Origin: the human T2T-CHM13v2.0 reference genome, Homo sapiens
Direction: 5' to 3' (one strand)
DNA length: 64,000 bases
Assembly: GCF_009914755.1 (NCBI RefSeq)
Contig: NC_060934.1
In this document: positions 1-17,633 of the stretch, piece after piece
Numbering within the stretch: position 1 is the first letter of the stretch
Layout: each line of letters starts with the position of its first letter
Program-made: the position numbers and the translations under genes
Notes under the pieces: generated by a model
What the model was told of the DNA's origin: nothing
The model's input: the letters and a program-made list of their open reading frames with translations, nothing else
Database searches by the model: none

Positions 1-200
1 GTATTTTTAAATTTTTATTGTACAAATCTTGATTTTTACTCATTAAAGTTATTCCTAAGTCTTTTATTGTTTTTGAGGCAACTTTAAATGAGATTTTTTC
101 TTGATTTTATTTTAGATTGTTCCTTGCCAGTGTATAGAAATGAAACTGGTTTTTGTATATTGATTTTATATCCTATATACTTACCAACTTTTACTTTTTA
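1..200 (-). mobile_element. Old L1 (L1M) ORF2 fragment
   Basis: Degenerate match to antisense L1 ORF2 (gtgtatagaaat...ttttgtatattgattttatatcct). Confidence 0.6.
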
Positions 201-1134
201 CATCATTTATTTTCAGTGACAAAAGTTATTAAGTGACAATCCATTATACTCTCATCTAAGGACTGAGTCAATGTTTTATCTAATTCTGTAGGTTTACAGA
301 ATTTGTGTTTTGCTTAGGAAACCCTGCTAAACATAAAGCCTGGTAATCTGTCACAAACCAGTGTGTTTATATGTGTTTTTAAAATTCCTTTAGGTTAACA
401 AAAAGAAATGTCTGCCATTTTTTTCATAGTGCACACCCATTTCAGGCCAAGGCATTTGAGAAATCTCAATAATAGAGACAGTCAGGAGGAAACTATTTTA
501 AGTATTGAGAAATTATTAATGCTGACCCTAAAGGGTGCCCTGATTGAAGAGTTTGGAGTTCTGAATCATCATGTTTAGAAAAGAACACTAGAGAGGGACA
601 ATTTTCAAACAAGATGATATGGATACTTTCTAACAGGTGTCTGAAGTCCTTGTTTTTACAGTAGACTCTAAATCTACTATAAATCTAAATACACTAAATA
701 TAGTATACTTAATAGGTATTGTAGAGTAACTGATGACCTGCTGGAGTGACACATCAGTTAAGGGTTCCCGCTCCAGATTCAGACAGGTACAGATTTCTTC
801 CCAGCTCCTCTACCACCTACCAGTTGTTTAACCTTGTTAACTGATTTTTACATTAGTTAAGTCTTAGTTTTTTCATTTATAAACTGAGAGATGATGACAA
901 TGATAATAAAATTCACTTAATTATACTATTTTCTAAGTCGTGCATTGTTTTCATTCTTCAAACCTCAAAGCAAAACTCATAAAGTAATTTTATTTCCCTT
1001 CTTACATGAAAACATATTTGTAGTTCTTGATGCTATTATTATGAAGATTTAATGAGATAATTCATAAAAGTTGCTAGCAAAAAAAATGGTGCATAGTAAA
1101 TCATTAATAAACGTCAGCTATTATCATTAGGATT

Positions 1135-1280
1135 TAAATTTTTTTTATTTTTTTTGAATTTTACATTTTATTTATTTATTCATTTTTTATTATACTTTAA
1201 GTTCTAGGGTACATGTGCACAACGTGCAGGTTTGTTACATATGTATACATGTGCCATGTTGGTGTGCTGCACCCATTCAC
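1135..1280 (-). mobile_element. L1PA 3' end fragment with poly(A)
   Basis: ttattatactttaagttctagggtacatgtgcacaacgtgcaggtttg is the reverse complement of a primate L1 3' terminus. Confidence 0.85.
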
Positions 1281-2785
1281 TTTTATTATAAGAGAGTGTT
1301 AAGACTTTGTCATATCTTTTTTTGCATCTATTGACATGGTCGTTTGTTTTTTGTTCTTTACTTGATCAATATGGTGTTTGTATTGATTGATTTTTATGTG
1401 TTGAACCAATTTTGCATTCCTAGGATAAATTCCGCTTGACCATGGCGAAAAATTTTTAAAATGTGTTGCTTGATGTATATTCATCAGTTATGTTGGTCTC
1501 TTGTTTGCTTTTCTTGTGATGTCTTTGTCTGGTTTTGGTTTATTAAGGTAATCGTGGCCTTATAGAATGAGTTGGGAAGTGTTTCTTCCTCTTTTGTTTT
1601 TTATAAGAGTTTGTGAAGTATTAGTGTTAATCATTTAAATGTTTCGTATAATTTACTAGTAAGCCTTTTGTGCTGGAGCATTTGTTTGTGGAAAGATTTT
1701 TGATTACTGATTTACTCTCTTGTTACAATCTATTTGGATTTTTTATTTCTTCTTGAATTGGCTTTGGTAGTTTGTGTCTTTCTGGATATTTGTCCATCTC
1801 TTCTAGGTTATCTAATTTGGTAGTATGAAATTATTCATAGTATTCCCTTGTAATTCTTTTTATTTATGTAAGGTTAGAAGTTCTGAACCTTGTTCACTCT
1901 TCATTTTAGTAAATTGAGTTTTTAATTTTATTTTTTCTTGGTTCATCTAGTGAAAAGTTTGTCAGTTTTATTGATCTTTCCAGGAACTTTTGTTTCTTAA
2001 TTTTTTTATTGTTTTTGTATTTTCTATTTTATTTATTTCTTCTCTAATTTTCCTCCTCTGCTTGCTTTGGGTTTAGTTTTCTCTTCCTTTAGCTTCTTAT
2101 TATTAATGTTGAGATCTTTCCTTGTTTAAATTTAGGCATTTACAGCTATACATTTCTTACCAAGCACTGAAATAACTGCATCCCAACCATTTTTATATGT
2201 TGAATTTTTATTTTCATTTATTTAAGGTATTTTCTAACATCTCTTGTGATTTCTTCTTTAGCCTATTGGTTATTTAGGAGACTGTTATTTAATTCTACGT
2301 ATTTGTGAATTTTTCTGATATCATTCTGTTATTAATTTAAATCATTCTGTTATACCTGGAGAACATACTTGTATGATTTGTATGCTCTTAAATATATTCA
2401 GATTTGTTTTCTGACCTAAAATATTATCTCTCTTGGAGAATGTTCTGTGTGTAGTTTAGAAGCATGTGCATTCTTTTGTTGTTGGGTGGAGCAAGTGTGC
2501 CATATCTATCTGTTAGGTCTAGTTGGTTTATAGAATTGCTCAAGTTTTCTATTTTCTTGCTGATCTTCTATCAAATAGTTCTATTTATTTTTGAAGGTAG
2601 AATATTAGAGTCTCCAACTATTATTGTTAAATGGTCTACATTTCAATTATTTTAGCTTTTGCTTCACATATTTCAGGGCTCTGTTTTTACGTGCAGAGAC
2701 GTTTATAGTTTTTATATATTCTTGATTGGTTGACCCATTTGTCATTATAAAATGCCCTGCTTTGTCTCCAATAAGAATTCTGTCT
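1281..2785 (-). mobile_element. Old L1M ORF2 fragment; resumes at about 4820-5700 after a nested L1PA
   Basis: Degenerate ORF2-like translation in ORF 1299..1484 (IYPRNAKLVQH, MSIDAKK); T-rich L1 antisense texture. Confidence 0.75.
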
Positions 2786-2787
2786 TC

Positions 2788-4816
2788 TGTCCAGGGTAAT
2801 CAGGCAAGAGAAAGAAAGAAAGCATATTAGGCTAGGAAGAGAGGAAGTCAAATTATCTTTGTTTGCAGCGGACATGATCCTATATCTAGAAAACCCCATT
2901 GTCTCAGCCCAAAAGCTCCTTAAGCTGATAAGCAACTTCAGCAATCTCAGGATACAAAATCAGTGTGCAAAAATTGCTAGCACTCCTATATGCCAACATC
3001 TGGCAAGTAGAGAACCAAATTATGAATGAACTTCCATTCACAGTTGCTACAAAGAGAATAAAACACTGAGGAATATAGTTAACAAGGGAAATGAAGGACC
3101 TCTTCAAGGAGAGCTACAAACTACTGCTGAAAGAAATCAGAGAAGACACAAAGAAATGGAAAAACATTCCATGCTCATGGGTAGGAGGATGCAGTGTTGT
3201 AAAAATGGCCATACTGACCAAAGTAATTTATAGATTTAATGCTATTCCCATTAAACTACCATTGGCATTCTTCACAAAATTGGAAGGAACTATTTTAAAA
3301 TTAGTATATAACCCAAAAGAGGTCTCATAGCCAAGACACTCCTAAACAAAAAGAACAAAACTGGAGGCATCATGCTACCCAACTTCAAACTATACTACAA
3401 GGCTACAGTAACCCAAACAGCATGGTACTGGTTCAGAAACAGACACATAGACAAATGGAACATAATAGAGAACTCAGAATTAAGACCCCACATCTACAAC
3501 CATCTGAACTTTGACAAACCTGACAAAAACAAGCTATGGGGAAAGGATTCCCTATTTAACAAATGGTGCTGGGAGAACTGGCTACCCATATGCAAAAAAT
3601 TGAAACTGGACCCCTTCCTTACACCTTATACAAAAATTAATTCAAGATGGACTAAAGACTTACATGTAAAACCTAAAACTATAAACATTCTAGAAGGAAA
3701 TCCAGGCAATAACATTCATGACATAGACACAAGCAGAGATTTCATGATGAAAGCACTGAAAGCAATAGCACCAAAAGCAAAAAATGACAAATAGGATCTA
3801 ATTAAACTAAAGAGATTCTGCACAGCAAAAGAAACTATCATCAGAGTGAACAGAAAACCTACAGAATGGGAGAAAATGTTTTCAGTCTATTTATCCAGCA
3901 AAGGTCAAATATCCAGAGTCTGCCAGAAACTTAAATTTTCAGGAAAAAAACAAACAACCCCATTAAAAAGTGGGCAAAGGACATGAACAGACACTTCTCA
4001 AAGAAAACATTCGTGTGGCCCACAAACATATGAAAAAAACCTCAACATCACTGATTAGTAGAGAAATGCAAATCAAAACCACAATGAGATTACCATCTCA
4101 CACCAGTCAGAATAGCGATTATTAAAAAGTCAGGAAACAACAGATGCTAGCCAGGATGCAGAGAAAAAGGAATGCTTTACATAGTGGGTGAGAATGTAAA
4201 TTAGTTCAACCATTGTGGAAGACAGTGTGGCAATTCCTCAAAGATCTAGAACTGGAAATACCATTTGATTCAGCAATCCCATTACTGGGTATATAACCAA
4301 ATAAATATAAACGATTCTATTATAAAGACACATACATGCGTATGTTCATTGGAGCACTGTTCACAATAGCAAAGACATGGAACTAACCCAAATGCCCATC
4401 AATGATAGACTGGATAAAGCAAATGTGGTACATATACACCATGGAATTTTATGCAGCCATAAAAAGGAATGAGATCATGTCCTTTGCAGGGACACGGATA
4501 AAGCTGGAAACTGTTATCCTCAGCAAACTAGTGCTGGAACAGAAAACCAAATACCACATGTTCTCACTTATAAGTGGGAACTGAATGATGAGAACACAGG
4601 GACACATGGCAGGGAACAACAGACACTGGGACCTGTCAGGAGGGGAGAGGGGAGGTAGAGCATCAGGAAGAATACCTAATGGATGCTGGGCTTAATACCT
4701 GGGTGATGGATTGATCTGTGCAGCAAACCACCGTGGCACACGTTTACCTGTGTAACAAACCTGCACATCCTGCATGTGTACCCCAGAACTTAAAATAAAA
4801 GTTGAAAAGAAAGAAA
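2788..4816 (+). mobile_element. 5'-truncated L1PA15/16-like element (ORF2 3' half plus 3'UTR), disrupted
   Basis: ORF fragments 3091..3330, 3372..3794 and 4402..4584 match L1 ORF2; 3'UTR ends gaacttaaaataaaagttgaaaag. Confidence 0.9.
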
Positions 4817-5848
4817 ATCATCCTTCTGAATTTCATATAGCGATTTCAGCTTTCTTTTGGTTATTGTTTTTATAGTATGTCTTTTATACCCTTTTACTTT
4901 TAACCTTTTTCTGTAGTTGAACCTAAAATGTGTCTCTTGTAGACAGCATATGGTTAGATCATGTTTTTATACAATATGCCAACTTCTTACTTTTGATTTA
5001 AGAATTTAATCTATTTGCATATTATATAATTATGATTATACCTATCATCAGAGCGATATGTTGTTTGTTGCCATTTTGCTACTTGTTTTCTGTATGACTT
5101 ATTTTTTTCTTATTACTCTATTCCTCCATTACTACCTTATTTTGTTAAATAGATGTTTTCTAGTGTATTATATTAATATCCTTTTCTTTTTTTACTATAT
5201 ATTTTTGAATTATTTTATTAGTTGTTGCCCTAGGGATTACATTTAACATTTTAATTTACAACAACTTAGGTTGGATTAATGCCAATGTAATTTTAATAAT
5301 ATACAAAAAATTTGATCTTATATAGTTCTGTTCACTTCTTCTTTATGCTGTTATTGCCACAAATTACATCATTACATATTGTGCCCATAGCCTAAGTTAT
5401 TATTATTGATTTTTATCAGTTATATAATTGATTATAATAATTATTGATTATATAATATCTACCTGTTTATTGATGTCCTCTATTTTATGACACATTATTC
5501 TTATGATTTCTGTAGTTCTTTATATATGGTTTTCCTTAGCTCTTTGAAAACATTTGACATAGCTGATTTAAAGTCTTTGTCTAATAAGTCTGGTCTTTCT
5601 CAGAGACATTGTGTATTGATTGCTTTGCTTTTTTTCTCTCTGCATGGGAGATATCTTCTTGTTTCTTTGCATTTCTCACTTTAAAAAAAACCTGGACATT
5701 TAAAACAATATACTCTTGGACCTCTGGAAATCAGATGCTCACTCTCCCAAAAACTCCCACACATTTGCTTCTGTTACTGTTTGTTGTAGTTATAGTTGTT
5801 TTGTTTGTTGTTAATTTAGTGACTTTACTGAGAGTCTCTTAGATGTCA

Positions 5849-6208
5849 CTGTCTTAGTCAATTTTGGCTGCTAGAACAAAATGCCATAAACTGAGTAGAT
5901 TATAAACAATGGAAATTTATTTCTCACAGTTCTATAGGCTGGGAAGTCCAAGATCAAGGCACTGGCAGATTCAAGTGTCTGATGAAGGACGACTTCCTGG
6001 TTCATAAGACAGTACTATCCTGCTGTGTTCTCACATGGTGGAAGGGGCAAAGCAAATCTCGAGGCCTTCTTTTATAAAGGAGTTAAATCCATCCATGAGG
6101 ACTCTACCTTCAGAGTCTACTCACCTCCCAAAAGTCTCATCTTCAAAGATTATGTTTCCACATATGAATGTGTGTGTGTGCAGGGGCACAAACTTTCAGA
6201 CAAAAGCA
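5849..6208. mobile_element. MLT1A-like MaLR LTR
   Basis: gtcttagtc...ggctgct...aatttatttctcacagttct...ggctgggaagtccaagatcaagg MaLR signature. Confidence 0.75.
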
Positions 6209-9200
6209 GCCTGGGACCAATAAATCTCTATGTTTTGCTGAGGGATTCTGTGTGTATGTTGGGGTGCACTTTCCATGCTCATCCAGGCAGCTGATAACTC
6301 TGCATTAGTTTCCATTTCCTGCTTTCACAGAGCCTCAATATCAGCCAGATGTTAGGGCTTAGGGTCTTTTCAGGTATTTCCAGAGCATGTGCACAGCCCT
6401 ACACATGCACATGTCTGGCTAGATTTGCAGGAATATGTTGGAACTTTTTAAACTCCCTATTGATGTCTCATTCTATTAGTTTATTATTTTCACTAACTGT
6501 TACACACTGCCTCAGGTGACTATGAAGTTATAACACTTGCTGGTAATTGTTTTCAACAAACCCCTTATGTAGAAAAAGCATTTTATACTGAGCAAGCTAT
6601 TATTATGTCAATTTCAGATGGCATTTTAATTGTGGTCTTTCAGAGAACCAAAAGACAGGTCAAATAATACAATTGTTTGAGAATGAGGCTTTGAAAAAGG
6701 TCTAGCACCATTTTACTCATTCTTGTGGCTGCCAGGCTTCACATGAATGCAAGCTGCTATTTTTCAAAGTTAAATGTGAAACTGGAGAGTGGGCAATGAG
6801 ACTAGGGCAAGTTAAAGCCCATAAAACTCACCATTTTTTAAAACTGAGATTTAGCCATTTGTTGAATAAAAGCCCTCCAAATTACCAAAAAGCTTTGGCT
6901 AATTTCCAGAGTTCCAGACAAGTTGATTCTGACATTTTTGCCAGTTTTAAAATTCATTTTGTGGGGGAAAAAGTTTCAGAGATCTCTATTCTGGTGTTTT
7001 CATTAACAATACTCTTGTGGTTTATTACATATTTTATGATCTCCTAAAGCGACTCACATAGCCCTTTGTCACTGAAGTCAGACATAAGTTGATATGGCAG
7101 CATCCATGTACAACTTGTAGTAATGATAAGGGATTACTATTTTAGGGTATTCTTTAAGTGATACCATTTTAGCAAATATTACCTGGTTCTGTTGAGCTTG
7201 CTAGCTTAATAAATTGGTATGAGTCAAAACGTATGATTCAAAGGAAACAGAATTTAATAAATAGACAGAAATTATCAACTTGAAGAGGTTTGTATCTAAG
7301 ACTACTATTTGCTCTCTATTATCCGAACTAAACTATGTGTTTGTCAGAAATTAGTGCACTTTCATATTTCTATAAGTTTTGACATGTTAACATTTGCTTC
7401 AAGCCTTGGATCTTGTTTTGATGATCCATTCCTACAGCCTGATTTTTTTTTAATGTTCTTGAGAACTGATATTATCTCACTGTTAAAATGCTCCTTTTTT
7501 GAATTCCTTTGAGCCAATTGGTTACTCTGTAGCATGCAACAGGATTTATGTTTCTCCTGCTCACATGCAGGTCCATTAATCTCTCAGAACGTGGGAAATG
7601 GAGGAAGTACAAGGCTGCCCATCAATGGTTGAGGAAAGTGAGACCGAAAATTCTACCTTATCTTTCCTGAAGATCAAGGTTGATGGGATTCACTGCCAAA
7701 GTTATTGGATTTAGCTCTCAATCCTTGATTCATGGTTTTTGTTGCTTTCATATTTTATATACCTCCTTTTTTGTCATCAAACTTGGGATTTCATTCCAAA
7801 ACTTAACCAGTAAGTGAGAAAAAGTATTTTTAAAAGTCCTCTAACATAAACATTTAAGACTATAAATGAAATTATGCTATTTATGTTATTTTGTCATTTT
7901 AATAATTAACTATTTGTCACAAGATTATGTTACATATGTGTTTCAAAGACATTATGCATTGACTTTCATGAATGCAGGCACAACGTGGGAATTTAAGTAT
8001 CATGTAAACAAGCTATAATGAGGGTGGTGTAGAGATTAATAGAGATATATGACGATAATGGTGATTATGTGTTTGCGTGTGGTATGTGTATTACTAGGCT
8101 GCTAAAGGAAGTACAAGAGGTTTATAGAGAGAATATTCAATATAAACTTTGTTGTTCAAGAGCTTCATGCAGTCTATTCTGGCTGGTTAGAGCTGTAGTA
8201 AAGGGGAGTGTTAAATGAGGGAATGGTCATGTGGAGAAAAGTTATGCTGTCAAAGATTTGCCTTTTTCTCTTAAACTCATAAACAGCCATGATGAAAAAT
8301 GTTCTCTGGAAAGCCAGGGAACTTTCTATGAAGTGACATTTTTCTCTAGGGAACATCTCCATCTGTGAATTAAAGAAATTCTATACTCATACTAAAGGAG
8401 CAAGGTAAAATGAAGTACACACTAAAAAAAATTGCGATTGTCACTAAGTTAAAATTAAACATAGAAAACAGATATTGCCACTGGGTGCATTTTGAACAAT
8501 TTTTTCCCCATACAAAGAAAAAAGTTTATTACTAGAAAAAATGTCAAAAGATATCAAGCTGTTTCTGAATTTAAACCTTTACTTTCTACTATAACCTGAA
8601 GATTAACCTTTATTGAATATTTGATAAAATACAGAATAATTTATAGTGCCATAACACATACCAAATGACAAAGTTTTTATTTATAAAACACTGTTTAAAT
8701 ATTAAATAATTTACTCATGTGTGAGTTGAAAAATATCACTGAAAAATGCTACTTTTATTATTTAATAACTTAATGTGTCAAATCTGATTTTTAATATCAA
8801 GCTTTTAAAAATATATATGAATAATTTAGGTAATATCGTTGACAAATAAAAATAATTTTTCTGTTTATCTCAGGGATTCTTTTTAGTAGTTGAATATTTA
8901 TAAACAATAATTTAGAGCCGACTGAATGCTATTACCATTTGTATTGCTAATAGTATTATTTAAACCTAAAATAATATATGCATATGGCTGATTATGCGTA
9001 TTTGATTAGTCACTTGCTTAACATTTGTTTACCTGCTGCAAGAGCCAACTAATGATAGTCCACTTGCATCACCATGATACCCGCTCTTCATCTAAATTGT
9101 GTTTACATAATAATTCCAGTAAGTATATTCTTAGAATAATTGTGTTATTACAGTTACTTCAGTTATGTCTCTGACTATATTCATAAGCAATCGTTAATAT

Positions 9201-9689
9201 CACTGTTTGCTGCTTAATTAGGATGCAATTTTGGAATAGGAGTAGGGAAGAGAGGTTTCTTCCTTAGGTCTCATAATTTTACTATTGATTCTTTTAATGA
9301 TGTGACAATTAGATTTTATTTCCAATCTGGCTTTAAAATACCACTGAATAACTTAGGTAGCTATGTCATCATAGACATCATCATCATATTTCTCATTCCT
9401 TTTGACAAAGAGAAGCACATGAAATAGAGTGGCAGAAAACAATGGTTCTCAGATTATATGCTAGAACTCACAATAAAGCATCACAGAAAATCTATGAGAG
9501 CCCAGGGAATGCTCAACATTTATTTTACAGGCTTCTAAACCATGAGAGTCCACTGGTTTTATCCGTACTGCAGTGCATTTGAAAGCATCTGGGCTCAGAG
9601 TTGTTTTCCTTAATCCTAGGAAAAGCTGGGACTATCTGATCCAACTCTTTCTGAACAAAAGCACAGTGAGCAATGATCTCTTCTAAAGC

Positions 9690-10220
9690 TGTACGAGTTG
9701 AAGAAGGAAGAAAGAAACATGAAAAGTGGCTCATCAGTCAGAAACAGGTTTATTTTAAAGAATGAACCTGAGAGGGGCCTCTGGCCGAGTTAGGTCAAGA
9801 GCCCTCCCTCTTACAGACTAAGAGTATTTTAGGGTTCAGGATGGGCGAGCTTATCACAGGCTCAGAATGTTTCTGTGTCTCTTTGTCTTGCTTATCTGGG
9901 AGGGAGAGTTTTGTGTCTGTTCCCATACATCTTTCTGCAGCTGCAGGCATACCCCCCAAGTCTGCTTTTAGCTTCCCTATGTTAGTGAACTTAAAGAGAA
10001 AGGAATGTGCTTATTAGGGCCCACTGTTGTACTTGGGCCCATTGTATGAGTGTGAAGTTTGGTCTTTACACCATACAGCTATCTTATCTGTATTTTACTG
10101 TCTGCTCTTTCTAGCTGCTTGTTGTTAGAAGTGATTTCTTTGAAATGCATAAGGTTAGAAAGGGAGCTGGAACTTAAAATGGTGGTGTTTGTCCAAGATG
10201 ATGGTGCTCCTGCTCTGTCA
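9690..10220 (-). mobile_element. Solo ERV1 LTR, LTR19-like
   Basis: Minus strand starts TGACAGAGCAGGAGCACCATCATCTTGGACAAAC and ends in CA; near-TSD aaagc (9685-9689) / aaagt (10221-10225). Confidence 0.7.
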
Positions 10221-10566
10221 AAAGTCTTCATCGAATTGCTTATTTTGGTAGGCAGTCCTAATAGTATAATGTTTTCGCTAGATAGCATCTTTGCAGGGAT
10301 GTACCTTTGTCTGTTAAATGTGATAAATTGGGTTGCGAACTGTAGCCCATAATCATATTATAGGAAGTATATAATTGCAATTAGCTATGTCACTGGGCAA
10401 CATAAGGAAGTAAAAATATCAGATGGTTTGCAAAAGTAAATGATGTGGTTACATTATTTGTTCTTTAAACAAAAAAAATTATTAATCTAGTGAGGATGTG
10501 GGCCTGAATTATCACTTGGCGCCTTAAATTCACCAGTGATCACTCTGAATCTAACACGTTGTCTCG

Positions 10567-11275
<709 letters not shown>

Positions 11276-11289
11276 TGAACTAAAAGTAA

Positions 11290-11387
11290 GGCAACTGTCC
11301 CAGTTTGCCAGGGACTGAGGGATTTCCCAGGACTTTCAAATGCTGAAAGTGGACATCTCAGGCAATTTGGGATGGCTAGTCACCCTA
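11290..11387. mobile_element. hAT DNA transposon fragment (MER96-like)
   Basis: ctgtcccagtttgccagggactg...ggctagtcacccta terminal-like motif. Confidence 0.45.
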
Positions 11388-11819
11388 AAAGACACTTTTA
11401 CAATAAGGTTTTGAATTTTATGTATTAAAACTAAAGTTGGTGTATTTTAAGGCATACTAATATATCAGTAAAATATAACCTTTTAATTTTCTCCTAATTT
11501 CTTGAACCCCCTCCATTTTCCTCTCTACTTTTCTTACTGCTCCAACTTCCTCTTTCTTTCTTTTTTTTTTTTTTATTTTATAAAGTTTTTTTTTTTTTTT
11601 TTTAATTTATTTTTATTTTACTCTAAGTTTTAGGGTACATGTGCACATTGTGCAGGTTAGTTACATATGTATACATGTGCCATGCTGGTGCGCTGCACCC
11701 ACTAACGTGTCATCTAGCATTAGGTATATCTCCCAATGCTATCCCTCCCCCCTCCCCCAACCCCACCACAGTCCCCAGAGTGTGATATTCCCCTTCCTGT
11801 GTCCATGTGATCTCATTGT

Positions 11820-15671
<3,852 letters not shown>

Positions 15672-15710
15672 TCATTAGTTGATGCAGTTTCTTCCTAGTC
15701 TTGATGGTCT

Positions 15711-16727
15711 TTACATTTTGGCATGATTTTGCAGCAGCTGGTACCGGTTGTTCCTTTCCATATTTAGCGCTTCCTTCAGGAGCTCTTTTAGGGCAGGCCT
15801 GGTGGTGACAAAATCTCTCAGCATTTGCTTGTCTATAAAGTATTTTATTTCTCCTTCACTTATGAAGCTTAGTTTGGCTGGATATGAAATTCTGGGTTGA
15901 AAATTCTTTTCTTTAAGAATGTTGAATATTGGCCCCCACTCTCTTCTGGCTTGTAGGGTTTCTGCTGAGAGATCCGCTGTTAGTCTGATGGGCTTTCCTT
16001 TGAGGGTAACCCGACCTTTCTCTCTGGCTGCCCTTAACATTTTTTCCTTCATTTCAACTTTGGTGAATCTGACAATTATGTGTCTTGGAGTTGCTCTTCT
16101 CGAGGAGTATCTTTGTGGCGTTCTCTGTATTTCCTGAATCTGAACGTTGGCCTGCCTTGCTAGATTGGGGAAGTTCTCCTGGATAATATCCTGCAGAGTG
16201 TTTTCCAACTTGGTTCCATTCTCCACATCACTTTCAGGTACACCAATCAGACGTAGATTTGGTCTTTTCACATAGTCCCATATTTCTTGGAGGCTTTGCT
16301 TGTTTGTTTTTATTCTTTTTTCTCTAAACTTCCCTTCTCGCTTCATTTCATTCATTTCATCTTCCATTGCTGATACCCTTTCTTCCAGTTGATCGCATCG
16401 GCTCCTGAGGCTTCTGCATTCTTCACGTAGTTCTCGAGCCTTGGTTTTCAGCTCCATCAGCTCCTTTAAGCACTTCTCTGTATTGGTTATTCTAGTTATA
16501 CATTCTTCTAAATTTTTTTCAAAGTTTTCAACTTCTTTGCCTTTGGTTTGAATGTCCTCCCGTAGCTCAGAGTAATTTGATCGTCTGAAGCCTTCTTCTC
16601 TCAGCTCGTCAAAATCATTCTCCATCCAGCTTTGTTCCGTTGCTGGTGAGGAACTGCGTTCCTTTGGAGGAGGAGAGGCGCTCTGTGTTTTAGAGTTTCC
16701 AGTTTTTCTGTTCTGTTTTTTCCCCAT
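15711..16727 (-). CDS. L1 ORF1p, 338 aa RNA-binding chaperone
   Basis: MGKKQNRKTGNSK...; REKG, ARR and YPAKLS motifs intact; 63-nt inter-ORF spacer. Confidence 0.98.
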   Translation of the reverse strand: MGKKQNRKTGNSKTQSASPPPKERSSSPATEQSWMENDFDELREEGFRRSNYSELREDIQTKGKEVENFEKNLEECITRITNTEKCLKELMELKTKARELREECRSLRSRCDQLEERVSAMEDEMNEMKREGKFREKRIKTNKQSLQEIWDYVKRPNLRLIGVPESDVENGTKLENTLQDIIQENFPNLARQANVQIQEIQRTPQRYSSRRATPRHIIVRFTKVEMKEKMLRAAREKGRVTLKGKPIRLTADLSAETLQARREWGPIFNILKEKNFQPRISYPAKLSFISEGEIKYFIDKQMLRDFVTTRPALKELLKEALNMERNNRYQLLQNHAKM

Positions 16728-17633
16728 CTTTGTGGTTTTATCTACTTTTGGTCTTTGATGATGGTGATGTACAGATGGTTTTTCGGTGTAGATGTCCTTT
16801 CTGGTTGTTAGTTTTCCTTCTAACAGACAGGACCCTCAGCTGCAGGTCTGTTGGAATACCCTGCCGTGTGAGGTGTCAGTGTGCTCCTGCTGGGGGGTGC
16901 CTCCCAGTTAGGCTGCTCGGGGGTCAGGGGTCAGGGACCCACTTGAGGAGGCAGTCTGCCCGTTCTCAGATCTCCAGCTGCGTGCTGGGAGAACCACTGC
17001 TGTCTTCAAAGCTGTCAGACAGGGACATTTAAGTCTGCAGAGGTTACTGCTGTCTTTTTGTTTGTCTGTGCCCTGCCCCCAGAGGTGGAGCCTACAGAGG
17101 CAGGCAGGCCTCCTTGAGCTGTGGTGGGCTCCACCCAGTTGGAGCTTCCCGGCTGCTTTGTTTACCTAAGCAAGCCTGGGCAATGGCGGGCGCCCCTCCC
17201 CCAGCCTCGTTGCTGCCTTGCAGTTTGATCTCAGACTGCTGTGCTAGCAATCAGCGAGATTCCGTGGGCGTAGGACCCTCTGAGCCAGGTGTGGGATATA
17301 GTCTCGTGGTGCGCCGTTTTTTAAGCCGGTCTGAAAAGCGCAATATTCGGGTGGGAGTGACCCGATTTTCCAGGTGCGTCCGTCACCCCTTTCTTTGACT
17401 CAGAAAGGGAACTCCGTGACCCCTTGCGCTTCCCAGGTGAGGCAATGCCTCGCCCTGCTTCGGCTCGCGCACGGTGTGCACACACACTGGCCTGCGCCCA
17501 CTGTCTGGCACTCCCTAGTGAGATGAACCCGGTACCTCAGATGGAAATGCAGAAATCACCCGTCTTCTGCGTCGCTCACGCTGGGAGCTGTAGACCGGAG
17601 CTGTTCCTATTCGGCCATCTTGGCTCCTCCCCC
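16728..17633 (-). promoter_or_regulatory. L1 5'UTR: CpG-rich internal sense promoter, antisense promoter, intact YY1 site (17614-17622)
   Basis: CpG-dense, about 900 bp; gccatcttg reads CAAGATGGC on the minus strand. Confidence 0.9.
17183..17398 (+). CDS. L1 ORF0 (71 aa, antisense to L1, sense to MALRD1) with splice donors after 17288 and 17373
   Basis: gcaATGGCG start; MAGAPPPASLLPCSLISDCCASNQRDSVGVGPSEPGVGYSLVVRRFLSRSEKRNIRVGVTRFSRCVRHPFL*; CCAG|gtgtgg and CCAG|gtgcgt donors. Confidence 0.85.
   Translation: MAGAPPPASLLPCSLISDCCASNQRDSVGVGPSEPGVGYSLVVRRFLSRSEKRNIRVGVTRFSRCVRHPFL

Noticed and set aside
3091-4584. L1 ORF2-like ORFs
   Set aside because: Fragments of a 5'-truncated, stop- and frameshift-disrupted old L1PA; not functional
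11706-11708. Classification as a hot L1-Ta or as L1PA2
   Set aside because: The diagnostic trinucleotide reads ACG (not ACA or GAG) with G at the 3' diagnostic position, so pre-Ta
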